NCBI RefSeq assembly: GCF_000150275.1
Contig: NW_002060971.1
Coordinates: forward strand, 41,212-105,211
DNA length: 64,000 bases
Direction of reading: 5' to 3'
From: Trichoplax adhaerens
Taxonomy: Eukaryota > Animalia > Placozoa
A program made the position numbers and the translations under genes. The notes under the pieces are model-generated. The model was not told the DNA's origin. It made no database searches and was given only the letters and a program-made list of their open reading frames with translations. Of this stretch, positions 39,241 to 51,287 are shown piece after piece (position 1 is the stretch's first letter; each line of letters starts with the position of its first letter).

Positions 39241-42200
39241 TTTTGGAAGATGAAGCAATATCAGGAAATTGTCTATGACAAAAATCTAATTGAAAGTAGT
39301 GTATTATAAGTCTAGAGATATCACCTAGTAACTTTAACCTCTCAAGGATCGCTAATATAATACTTTTAGTACTGATTAGATTATTTTCAATATATTGCGA
39401 AGGTTTTGCTAACGTCGTCAAAGTTCTTTTCTCCATATTTTCGAACTAGAAATAGGTATCTGCATATCTTTATGCATTATGCAATATTTAAGCATATAGT
39501 AAGCCATGTAACATAAATAATGGAATGCCAGAAAGCATAATTTTACTAATATTTATGCGATATTATGCTAACTTTTATCTTTAAATGTAGGTATGATTAG
39601 ACAATTGTAATTTGTTACTAAATTAATTGGAATAGCGTAGAAAATAGTTCGAGAATGTAATATAATAATTCATAAATAACGAGACTATCCTAAGTGATGA
39701 CTGTTCGTTATTCTGTTTTACCTTAAAGATTTACAGATTTTTTTAGTATCAAATATCAGATATTTGCAATTTGATGTAAGCTTACCGCAATATCCTAGCA
39801 GATGAAGGAGTTTTCTCAATCAGTTTTAAAATGTAAATGTTCAAAGCTAAATATATCAGTGGCTTAAATAACCATTTAGCAAGTTAAATAAAAGCAGGTG
39901 AAATGAGTCTAATAAAGCATTTTGGTAATAGATCAGAATACGTATTGAAATTATACTTACATTTTATTACGAAAGAATAAGAAAGGTGATTTGTACTTCA
40001 TCAATTTTGTCTTGGTAACAAGATTAAGCTGTTAATTGAAGAAGGAGAACAATAAGGCTATTATTAGAGATACTAAATATAAATATTATCCCTAATATTT
40101 GTCTAAATTTACTATAAATAAGGCATAGTGAGCCTTTCAGCCTAGGTACCGATTTGTTACTTAATTAGATTAATTATTTTTTCATTCACAGTTGTTTACT
40201 AAACTATCGAAAAAGATCAATCAATGACTTGATTTTGATTTTCATCGCTGTTGCTAGAGTGATGGATACATGATTTCATTTTCTGCTATCACTTATTGCT
40301 AATGATAGCTTTATTATAGATTATTAGCGTGATAAATTAAAATCCAAATTAGTGCTAATGTTATTTTAAATTGTTGCGTAGCCATTTATCAAACTAGTGC
40401 TACTACCAGCTATGGGTAACTTGAATGATCTAGGAGATTCTGTATGAAAATGAAGAGAAAATTCTCCTATATTCAGTAAATGTTTATATTGTGCTTAAGG
40501 AATAAATTTATGACTAATTACCGGGGATAACACCGGAACATTGAAAAATGGACAAAATCGATCTATTTATAATATTTAATTTGCTATTCTCCATCGAAAA
40601 TCAATTCTGAGGAGACGCATATATTCTGACTTATATTTTTATTAAAACATTTAAATGTACGAATTGCAAGGCGGTTATTTCGGTATTTGTTTATATCATA
40701 CGCTACAATAATTAATCTATTAATCAAATTGCTTAGAATTTAACTCGTTTCATAAGTATTTCATATCTAAAGAATGAGCTAGAAATACTGAGTGCGAATA
40801 AGTCTACTACATTTAACTGACCAAGAATGAAAGTATTGTCTTGATTATATCTCGATTTAACAACAAATTAAATTTCATGAATTGTGTAAATGGAATATTG
40901 CCACTTTACATCACCAGATCATATATACGACTTTAATCTAAATAATAAAAGGTACGGTTAAAAGTTTTGTAATCCTCCATTACATTTATCAGTCTATCAG
41001 CAAACAAAACTATTTTGCCTTAAAATTCGATTATAATTTAGACATGAGCTTTAGATTTATTAAACTATAAATAAATCTAAATTAATTATAGTTAACTCTG
41101 TCTATAGATAAACGCTAACCTATTAAACAGCGCACGGTAGAATATAAAGGGTAAAGCTTGTGTTAAACCTTATCGTGTACATTTTAAAATTCAAAAAACT
41201 AGTTTTGTGTTGTGTTTTCCGTTAACCTTTTTGGAATTAAGCAAGCTTTAGTTCTGTATTCATTATGATTATATCTATGTAAAATGAAAACAGATGATAG
41301 CGATTGAATCAATTCACTGTATCAATTTCTTATCACAGATATTTTTGTATTTATGAGATATAAGCGATAAATTTTGCAGCTCAAATTTTCGAGTTCATTA
41401 TAACTAAAACTGTTTATGAAATCCCGGAATAAATTTAAAAATTAATATATTCTAGTTCATTTAAAATATGGACTTCTTAATATATTATGATAATGTGCAC
41501 CTATACCGTGAAGAGTATAATGATTTCATCTACGATACCGATGCCAATAACTGATAGCTATATTAGCTGAATTCTCTCAATTAACTTTATTAATTCTCAT
41601 AAATGTTGCCATAACATTAATTGATTCTATTAGTTTTATTGGATATTGACGATTAGTAACGCAAATTTAAATAAATTATTCATATAGCCATCCGGAATTT
41701 ACCGTAGGGAATAAATGATATACACAATTACCAGTTGAGCATTGCGATATACTTAATTAGATTTAGATTATTATCATGCTTTGATAGAGTATCCTTAATC
41801 AATAAATAATTGTAATAGGGATCGAAGTGGACGCTCGATGTAAGTACAGAAGGTACAATAACTTTCATTATCCTATTTCCTTTCTCTGTAGATGAAAATA
41901 GTTTAATAATTTACTTCATAATGTTTTAACTTACTCACATGGAAATAAGTTTATGCATAACTTTAGGCATAATCATGGTAGAAGTTTCCATTTTAATGAA
42001 TTGCAAACAATGGATCTACTTTTTACTAATCACTTGCATCTGACTTTAAATTTAAATCTAATTAGAAAATTTACAACCGATTTTAACTGGCTAGTATCAT
42101 TTAAACAATATATACTGGTCAGTGTCACGGTTAATAGAAATGTTAATAGCATTGTAGGTGAATAACACAGATTTAGTTGATTAATTAATTAATCAAACGG

Positions 42201-43279
42201 GAGCAGAGTATAATATAAAATGATTTTGTTAATGCTAGCAGAAATTTTGAATTAGAGTTGCTATTAGCATAGATCTAGTCATCATTCTAGTTTGACTATA
42301 TCTTATTAAACTAGCTTCATACCATTTTAAATGTGATATTGATTATGCCATACCTTCTAACACCGATATATATCGCTTTGCTACAAGCCTTAATATTTTA
42401 TGATTAAAGTATTTTGTGTCATGACTATATGTAGGTAAAGAAAGAATTATACTATAAATTACTTAATGCTGATCAAATAATTATTTCAGATTGAAGTTTA
42501 TTATGATAAATTAATGACATATTTCTAATTTAGGTAAATAAAACCGTTATGACTGCATTGAAAACAGAAGTCTTTTTTATAAAAAATTGATATTTTTATT
42601 TAGCTAGCGTATCCGTTAACAATTCATTGAGTAATGTGATTGCTAGGATTGCTCGGAAGTCATTGAATTAATTTGACAAGCTTTATTATTATAGGTTATC
42701 GTATATTCTTGCCACGCTGAGAATAAATAATTTTTCTGACATAATGGAAATAAATTAATTATCTTATTTTTACTGATTCTTTTCTTACTCTTTATATTTA
42801 TAGCAATTTATAGAATTTGACGATTCTTTTACTTGTATCTTTATCATTAACCAGGCCTGCGGCACACATATATATACAGGTAATTACGCTCAAAAGCTAC
42901 TCATTCAAATCTTCTATGTTAGAACTACCCACTCTGATAAAATTAAAGCTCAGAAGCAATAATCTAGTAAGTTTTATCGTCCAATAGTTTAATATTTATA
43001 TTAAAGCATAGATCAGAAATAGCAATCCTAGTTCAGTTTTATCTATAAACAATTTTAATTTTTAAAGTCTTGCAGCATTTAAATTATTAAATTTTAAATT
43101 TTTTTTTAACATTTCAATAAATGCCAGATTCCAAATAGTTATGCTGTAGTACTTTGTGTCTAGATCAATTTTGTTGAAATTGTCTAATTCATTTTTAATT
43201 TTTATATTTACTGTTGATAACTTCAAGATTTTCTGCTCAGCTTTCTTTTGCACTGAATTATTTCTAAGATTAGGAAAAG

Positions 43280-43609
43280 ATGGCTCTAGCAAAAGCAACG
43301 TCCATTACTATAACACTCATGATGATGATAAGTTGTTTCTATCCCGCTCAAGTGACGGCATGTGGTCCTGCACTTTATCAGGATTGGTTAAAATTACGCG
43401 GATGCCAACCACGTCAAGTTGCCTTGAAAATCTGTGAAGGTTGGTGTACTTCTTTTACAAGAGCTAAAAGCTACGGATATTCGACTACAGTTTGTCATCG
43501 TTGTGAACCTACTGGATTTAAGAAGATTCCCATCACAGTTATGTGCGATGGTGCACCTCGTGTAGAGTATCTTCGTTCAGTGACAGGATGCAGTTGTCGT
43601 AATCATTAG
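43280..43609 (+). CDS. Secreted cystine-knot protein (DAN/gremlin-, bursicon- or hormone-beta-like), 109 aa
   Basis: Hydrophobic signal peptide ending in ~VTA. Pattern C-x13-C-x9-CEGWC(TSF)...CHRCEP...C...CSC contains the CxGxC and CxC knot signature. aagATGG start context, TATATATA at ~42869 and a probable 5'UTR intron donor at ~42967. Confidence 0.88.
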   Translation: MALAKATSITITLMMMISCFYPAQVTACGPALYQDWLKLRGCQPRQVALKICEGWCTSFTRAKSYGYSTTVCHRCEPTGFKKIPITVMCDGAPRVEYLRSVTGCSCRNH

Positions 43610-45179
43610 ACTGCTTCCTATAAATGATCTTATACGCTAAATCATCGTTCTTCTGAGGTAGAATCAGTTGATTAAGGAAGGATTTAGTATATGCTGAAGT
43701 ATTATGGATGCTACAACAACAATTTGATAGACTGTCATCGTGAACTCTTTAACTGCTGAGCTCTATTTAATCCGATTCTATCACATCCGTATCCGCTATG
43801 CCAATATTAAATGAATCTAGTATCATTTGAAATATGGAATATTTATTTCTCATTAGCATTATTTCAATGAGGAGAAAATGTTCTTATATCAGCCATAATG
43901 ATATAATATAATTTCATTGATCTATACCGTCACTTAGAACGATCTGTGTGCGTAGTTAATTATGCCTTTGTTAAGTTTTACCAAAGGGCTCCTTGTAATC
44001 TTGCCCACAATTTGTATAATGATACGCAACATCCTTCATAATTACACTATTGTCAAGTTAATTTATGATTTCTAATTAGAAGATTATAATATTCTGATAG
44101 TGTCAAGACCAAACTGCTAAATTTTCATAGGTTGGAGTGTTTAGGTGTAATATTCTCGCTCTATCATAGAATCTATCCTAAATATGCCTCTATTATTCAC
44201 TTATAGTAGGGTAGCATAATAGTTTTGCTATCCTATTGGATAAATAACTACACATAGCAATAGAATTTAACTCTAGACATCCTTTCAACAGCTGCTTATA
44301 GTAGTGTAGCATAATAATTGTATTATTCATACAGGATAATAAAATATTTGTGTCAAGATGAATGCTTTTGATGTATTCTATCGATTAAATCTCAGGTCAC
44401 TGGTTAAGTGTGCCGTACATAATGTTCAAAAATAAGTCGTCTATATAGATTAATGCTTGTCGATAACAATTTATTTGATACATTACTTTACGCGTCTATA
44501 GATATTTCTGTTATTGAAGTATACCAAAGGTAATACTTGAATGTGCACGCTACAATATATTTTATTTCGGTAGAATTAAGCCGTGTTAGCAGTAGTTCAA
44601 GGAATAAAATCGACTGGCTAGAGCAAAATAGCCAAATAACCTACTTCTCATCATATCACAAAGCTTCCTATAAAACATTATATGCTACTCAGCATATAAT
44701 ACACACACTAACCGTAATGGCAATATCCTTCGGTCAAGGTTCTAATTTTACTATTTCCATTTCTAAATATATTTTTGCTAAGAAATACTCTAGCTTCACT
44801 AATTGCATTATTACGATTCGTTATAGATTTATTACTATTACAAAACGAAAATATCAAGGTGCGATCCCTAGTAGTAGATCGAATCGTTAATTAGTGCACT
44901 CAGTCGTACTAGATACGGACGCTAAAAATTTATGCTGCAAATATGATGCTACTGAGTAGTATTTAATTCAATTATTTTGGTCCTGTCTATATTGAAGTCT
45001 ACTAATTTACAAAAATATTGTGCTTTTCTGAATATACTTTCTAATATAATCTATTTTCCGGCTGCTATCCCAATGTTACGTAATAGCCATTAGTAGCAAA
45101 TATCTACTCTATTAATTAGGTAAGCCCAAAGTCTAAAAGTCAGTTGTTGGTCTTATCAACTTGCTAACGGAAATTTAAA

Positions 45180-46030
45180 AATTTTAGATGGCACCATAAT
45201 GAATTCAAGCCAAGTAACAGATATATTATTCTCCTAATGTTTTTAGTCTAACATGTCGAGCTTTCTTGTACCAGGATATTGCATACTGATACTGACACTG
45301 CTGTTGATAAACTAGTCCAATGGTGTTGTAGGAAGCTGTAACTTTTTAAGTTATTCTTTACTACCAATTGTAATTGAATATTTGTACCTTTATTAAACAT
45401 CGATAAAGAATTTACCTATTCGTTCTGGTAATAATATACTGATCCAATTTTATTATATATATTAGTAACGCCTAAGTTATTTTCTCCTAGTACATACAAT
45501 TGAACTTTGAGGCATTTTTGATACCAAGATAGCGCATCTTTGTATTTGCATCGATTCAGATGGATAAATCCAATTCTTTAATTGAGGTAGCAGTCATTAA
45601 ATGGCATTCACCCAATACTTTGAGACCGAGATTGAGGCCCTTATAACAATTTGATATAGCAGCGTCGTATTTACAATCTTTATGCTAGATATAAGCGATC
45701 GTACTGCAAGTGGTATTTTTACGCATTTCCAATCCATTGAAAGAGCATCCTCATCTTTGCCTTGACTATAATAGACAGATCCAATATCATAGTATCGATC
45801 TGCAATATTTGAGTTCTTTTCTCCTAAAATTTCCAACTGCACATTTAAGTTGTTGAAGTATCTGGATAAAGCATCATCATATTGACACTGTTAATAAAGA
45901 ATTTTTTCCAATAATGATATAGGAAACAGTAATATCTAAATATGATGCTCTCCAAATAGCTTTAGTCTAATATTTGAGGCTTTAGTATATTTAAAGTGAG
46001 CATCTTTAGCTGACTTTTCGGTTAATTTCC
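45180..46030 (-). pseudogene. Decayed TPR-repeat (kinesin light chain/nephrocystin-3-like) gene fragment
   Basis: Repeated units such as LQLEILGEKNSNIADRYYDIGSVYYSQGKDEDALSM, LKVQLYVLGENNLGVTNIYNKIGSVYY and ASYNTIGLVYQQQCQYQYAISWYKKA, interrupted by stops and frameshifts. Confidence 0.8.
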
Positions 46031-46174
46031 AATATAACTTGGAAGTAACTACAGGCTGGTCGCCTTTGTAAATCAGCTAATGCTGTATGGTACCGCTTTT
46101 ATTTGGTGTATTGCGATTATAGAGGTTGAATACTGGAATGCATCCAGGTTTGCTACTTTACAGTGTTGTATATA

Positions 46175-46868
46175 TACATATTAAAACAGATAGTTTACAG
46201 CATCGGATTAATTTGACGGTGTTGTACATATGAAAACAGATAGTTTACTGTATTGGATTAGTTTTACGGAGTTATACATATCAAAACGGATACTTTACTA
46301 AAACAGATACTATATCAAAATAGATAGTTTACTGCATCGGATTAATTTTACGTTGTTATACATATGAAAACAGATAGCTTACTGCATCGGATTAATTTGA
46401 CGGTGTTGTACATATGAAAACAGATAGTTTACTGCATTGGATTAGTTTTACGGTGTTATACATATCAAAACAGATACTTTACTAAAACAGATAATATATC
46501 AAAACAGATAGTTTACTGTATCGGATTAATTTTACGTTGTTATGCATATGAAAACGGATAGTTTACTGTATCGGATTAATTTGACGGTGTTATACATATG
46601 AAAACGGATAGTTTACTGTATCGGATTAATTTGACGGTGTTGTACATATGAAAACAGATAGTTTACTGTATTGGATTAGTTTGACGGTGTTATACATATG
46701 AAAACAGATACTATATCGAAACAGATAGTTTACTGTATCGGATTAATTTGACGTTGTTATACATATGAAAACGGATAGTTTACTGTATCGGATTCATTTG
46801 ACGTTGTTATACATATGAAAACAGATAGTTTACTGTATTGGATTAATTTGATGTTGTTCTACATATCA
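46175..46868. repeat. 50-bp minisatellite, about 13 units
   Basis: Consensus catatgaaaacagatagtttactgtatcggattaatttgacggtgttata. Exact 50-bp period at 46595/46645/46695; three units carry short internal insertions. Confidence 0.97.
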
Positions 46869-47555
46869 ACGTAATATAGGATTGTATAGGAATTGAAGGC
46901 TGCAAAGTATATTAAATTGGCCCTCGTCCTATCAAATCTAGATTGATTTTGTTTCCATCCTATACTGTACTCTACTCTATAGTGGACTAGTATATTGTAC
47001 TGTACTGTACTGTGCAGTACAGCGGTAAATTGCCATAGACAGTGCATATGCGCTCGCTCGGTCGAACTCATTTTTGCCAGTCACGCCGTCATGCCTGTCT
47101 GTAAGCGCACTGGTTTTTTTTTTTACCCAACACCCTACTGTACACCATGCAGTATGCTGGTGACACCTCTACCCCATACTGAGTACTGTACCGTACTGTA
47201 CTGTACGTGTACTGTATTTTTCTTCCCCTTCTTACCTCCATCGTGTTACAGTCCAGTACAGTCATGCGCAGACGTCTTTAGTCCAACTGGAGTGTACAGT
47301 ATCACTGTTGGTATGAAGTACAGTACTAAGTACTTGGTGAGTAGAGTACAAATACTGTACTGTGAATCTTAGATCGTCAAAAGTGGAGAAAGCGCCACAT
47401 TGCATTCTTGGCGCATGCGTACTGCTTTCTCACTTGGTCAGACTACGTATGTACAAGTGGACGGAAAGTTGCAAAGTGTTTTCCTCTCTGGTAGTAATGG
47501 TTAAAAGCCTTATAAATTAGTATTTTATTTATTTAAATTGGTAATCTCCTTTTCA

Positions 47556-50500
47556 ATGCGCCATCGCGTTAACGACAGAAGTAAAGTCAAATTAGCACGT
47601 CATAAGAAGCCAATCTTCATGGCCATCGGTGCTGTATTTTTGATAGTCTTAATTTACTACGCTCGAGGGGGAGATGCTGCCTCGTCGTTTGATCCCGATT
47701 CACCGTTATCCAGCTTGAAATCGACCACTGCCTTGAACGGTGATAGGCATATTTATGCTGCTATGTTAGATGCTGGAAGTACGGGTAGTCGGATTCACAT
47801 TTATCACTTTGCTAAAAGTGAACAAGGTAGGATAGGATGATTGTAGAAATAAGGGCAAGATAGAGCATGTATGTGGAGGCTATCATTTGTGCTAACTTGT
47901 ATCGTTGTTCAAGGATGACGAATGATAACTTTGCAGTTGAATTGATGACGTACACACTAATGAATAACGCATATTACTCTTCTGACTGACTACTATCCAT
48001 CAACTTGGTAAATTAACCCTTTACCTCGTGTCCATTCAAGACAAGAACTTGTAAAATCTCCTTCATCATCATCACATGGATAACTGAATCGAATTGTCCA
48101 TAGTTATGATGTTCAAGGACGGATCCCCCCTCCCTACGCAATCCACATCGAGCCAATAAGACGATCCATACTACAATTTCTTTTCTATGAATGGACGAAT
48201 GGACTATGTCATTAAATTGTACTGGGTTGTCTGCTTCATCAATCATCCCATCATGGAATACCTGTAGGCAATGGTAGCCTTCCTAGTCTGTACCAAATTG
48301 CTAATATGCCTTGTTTTTCCCTTCCTCTTGTCCATCTCGGATAATACTGTACAAGTAGACATCGCACAACCATACCTTAATCGTGACAAAGCGTTAGACG
48401 TAACATATTCAATGCTTTCCTAATATTCTCCATGTGCAAAGATTCCATCGCTTTCTTCCAATACACAGTAGAATTGCAATTTTTAGCTAATCGACGTGTC
48501 TAATTGACATGATACACAGACTAGACGTACAAGTATGTATATCTTGTTGGTCCTACTCTCCAATCTTGACTAAAGTTAAATTGAATAGGAAATGACTCAC
48601 CTGGTACGACGTCTACTCCACGCACTTATACCTTATACATATAGCCGGATGGCATGATTTGGCGCTACATTCAAGGCAGCCATCTAAAACTGTTTCCATT
48701 TTCTACAGTATATTGATCAACTATACTGTACAACTAGCTGAAGCTGTCATCACCTACACACAGTTACAATACCAAATCACTAAGACAACTTTTATCATTG
48801 TGTTTAGGCATTTTAAGATTAATTGATGAATACTTTAAGGAAAATCAACCTGGTATTGGTGCTTTTGCTAATAATTCAGAAAAGGTAGAGTATTTTTGAC
48901 TGCTACAGTAAATCCAGAACGATATCTTGATTTCACCTTACTGGACTATTCGATCGATCGCTAATGGTGGTTCTAATATCAAAATCGGAGTAAATTTGTT
49001 CATTAAGACTATGCTTAATTCTCTACTCATGGGCTCATACTGTAGGCCGGTGAAAAAATTCAAGCTTTGCTCGATAGTGGAATGCCTAAAATTCCGAAAG
49101 GCCAAGTCTCATCATGTCTTATCAACTTATTTGCAACTGCTGGATTGAGACGATTACCGGAAAAACAGTCCAACGCTTTATTAGATACGGTATGCAAATA
49201 TTGTGGTCAGCATATTATATCGGTACGTGTTGAATATTGAAGGTTCTTATACGATACATAGATTCGTGAAGTCATTAAGAAATCACCCTTTAAGAAGCCT
49301 AAAAGCTATGTTTCTATACTTAGTGGAGATAATGAAGGTTAGTACTAATAAATGTCATTGTTTGTTTTTATGGCATGCCTGTTTTGATGGCAGGGTTATT
49401 TAAATGGACATGATCTGAACTAAAATAGTCAATGGTTTTTTTAGTTACAAAGTATTCAACGTAATGAGTGCATAGGTAGTATAATCTACGGAGCAGAACT
49501 TATAGTCACATTTATGCGTATTTTTAGGTATCTATGCTTGGCAGACGCTAAATTTCTTAACAGGTATATTTTATTCTGAGTTAATAGCCAACTCGTGTAA
49601 CATGATGAGAGATTCCATGACGTTTTAACGTTCTTTCCTTAGGTACACTGAATAGCTCCAATACTGAGGCATCGTATGGAACGCTCGATCTTGGAGGTGC
49701 ATCGACTCAATTAACCTTCGCAGCAATAGATGAGGTTGATAATCATTAGATATATCATTAAAATGTTGACCGGATATTAATTAATATAGCGTTTAATATT
49801 TGTGATAGAATAATTCACTTCTTGATGCTTCGTATAATATACTTCTATTATCCGCTTGGAAAATCATTGCGTCTTTCGTTTTGAAAATTAGAAAACTCTA
49901 AAAAAATTTAAGGAGGACATTAAGACTGATGAAGTGCTAGAACAAAAATTTCGGCTATTTACTAAAAGGTAAAGAAGTATTACCATTGTATGTTATACAT
50001 ATAATGATAATAGTCAGGGGTTATCTATGACTGTCCTTCTTTACTCAGCTATCCTATCAATTGGTAATAGCCTTTAACGTTTCCTTTACTTTCATTTCTT
50101 ATAGCTACAAAGATATGGGCCTGAAAGTAGCCAGAGTAAAAGTACTAGCTGCAAATCCCAAAAGTTTGTACCATACACTTGGCTAAGATATATTTTATTT
50201 TGCCAAAAGGTCTGGCGTAATAATTAACTATAAATTTTTTCGAATTTGCAACGTAGGCAAGGATGGTAAATTTGTTACTGCCTGCTCCCCATCTGGAGCA
50301 AAATTTTCTTGGAAAGACTTTGGTGTGGAAAATAATGTGAGGTTTGTACTCAACATAAATGTTAATCCTGTATGTTCTTTTATTCTGAAATTTCTGTTGA
50401 ATGTATTTTTCCGTAACTCGATATGTCTTTTACTTTGATTGATAGTAACCCTTCGGATGAAAAATATGGATTTGAGGAATGTATGAAGGAAGTAAAAAAT

Positions 50501-51287
50501 TACCCGAAAACGGATAAGATTGGTACTTACGTCAAATTACTTCAATATTATACGTAAACATTATTTTGGTCGTATTCTTACAAAGATGATAATAGTTCTT
50601 TTCAATGTAATTTAAATGTGTTCTGTAGAGGAGTTGAAAGTTCGGAAAGCTTATGCTTTCTCATATTATTACGATATTGCTGTTGATCTTCACCTTATTG
50701 GTAAGTAGGCAGTATGGGGTGTATTTCTGAGGTTGTGAGTGTTGCTGCTACTACTTAGTATAAAGCACGTATTATGTATTCATTGCAGGTGCAAAAGGTG
50801 GAGAAATCGATATACAGAAGTTTTATGATGCAGCAAAGATAGGTAAACGTATTATTGACACACATGTTCTGCCTAGTTTTACTTAAAGGAATGAATTATG
50901 TGTATTGTTAATGACTTTTGCATCGATGGTATTAGCAAATTGATGGTAACGTTTTCAAATTTGGTCATTTTTAGAGTGCAATAAACCTAAAAGAGATCAC
51001 GATATGTTATGTTTTGATTCCGTGTACATTATAAATTTATTGACTGAGGGTTTTGGATTGGATTTGCAATCTAAATTAACTGTAAGTAAAAAAAGAGTTT
51101 GTTAAAATAATCTGTAGCGAGCGGTTGATATTACATCAGCCATTTATTACTAAATTTAAAATTGTTGTTGATTAGAATGCCTCGCAATTAACAATATTTC
51201 TATTCTTGTTTATAGATTGGAAAGAAGATAAACGAATTTGAATTATGTTGGGCATTAGGAGCTACTTTGGAAATGTTAGGAGAGTAA
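47556..51287 (+). CDS. Ectonucleoside triphosphate diphosphohydrolase 5/6-like (GDA1/CD39 apyrase), N-terminal membrane anchor, multi-exon
   Basis: All five apyrase conserved regions: LDAGSTGSRIHIY, ATAGLR, SGDNEG|IYAW, DLGGASTQ and WALGA. Also AFSYYYD. Basic N-tail plus a single TM helix; stop TAA at 51285-51287. Confidence 0.92.

Noticed and set aside
23776-43609. Functional link between sAC and the neighbouring hormone-like genes (cAMP pathway cluster)
   Set aside because: LGR-type receptors signal through transmembrane cyclases and sAC is G-protein independent; adjacency alone is not evidence.
44537-44890. 117-aa ORF
   Set aside because: TTG start, AT-rich, no recognisable motif or splice structure.
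46175-46868. CRISPR-like periodic array
   Set aside because: No unique spacers, units are contiguous, no cas genes, and the context is eukaryotic.
46859-47372. Cys/Tyr/Thr-rich ORFs on both strands
   Set aside because: By-products of TACTG-type low-complexity sequence.
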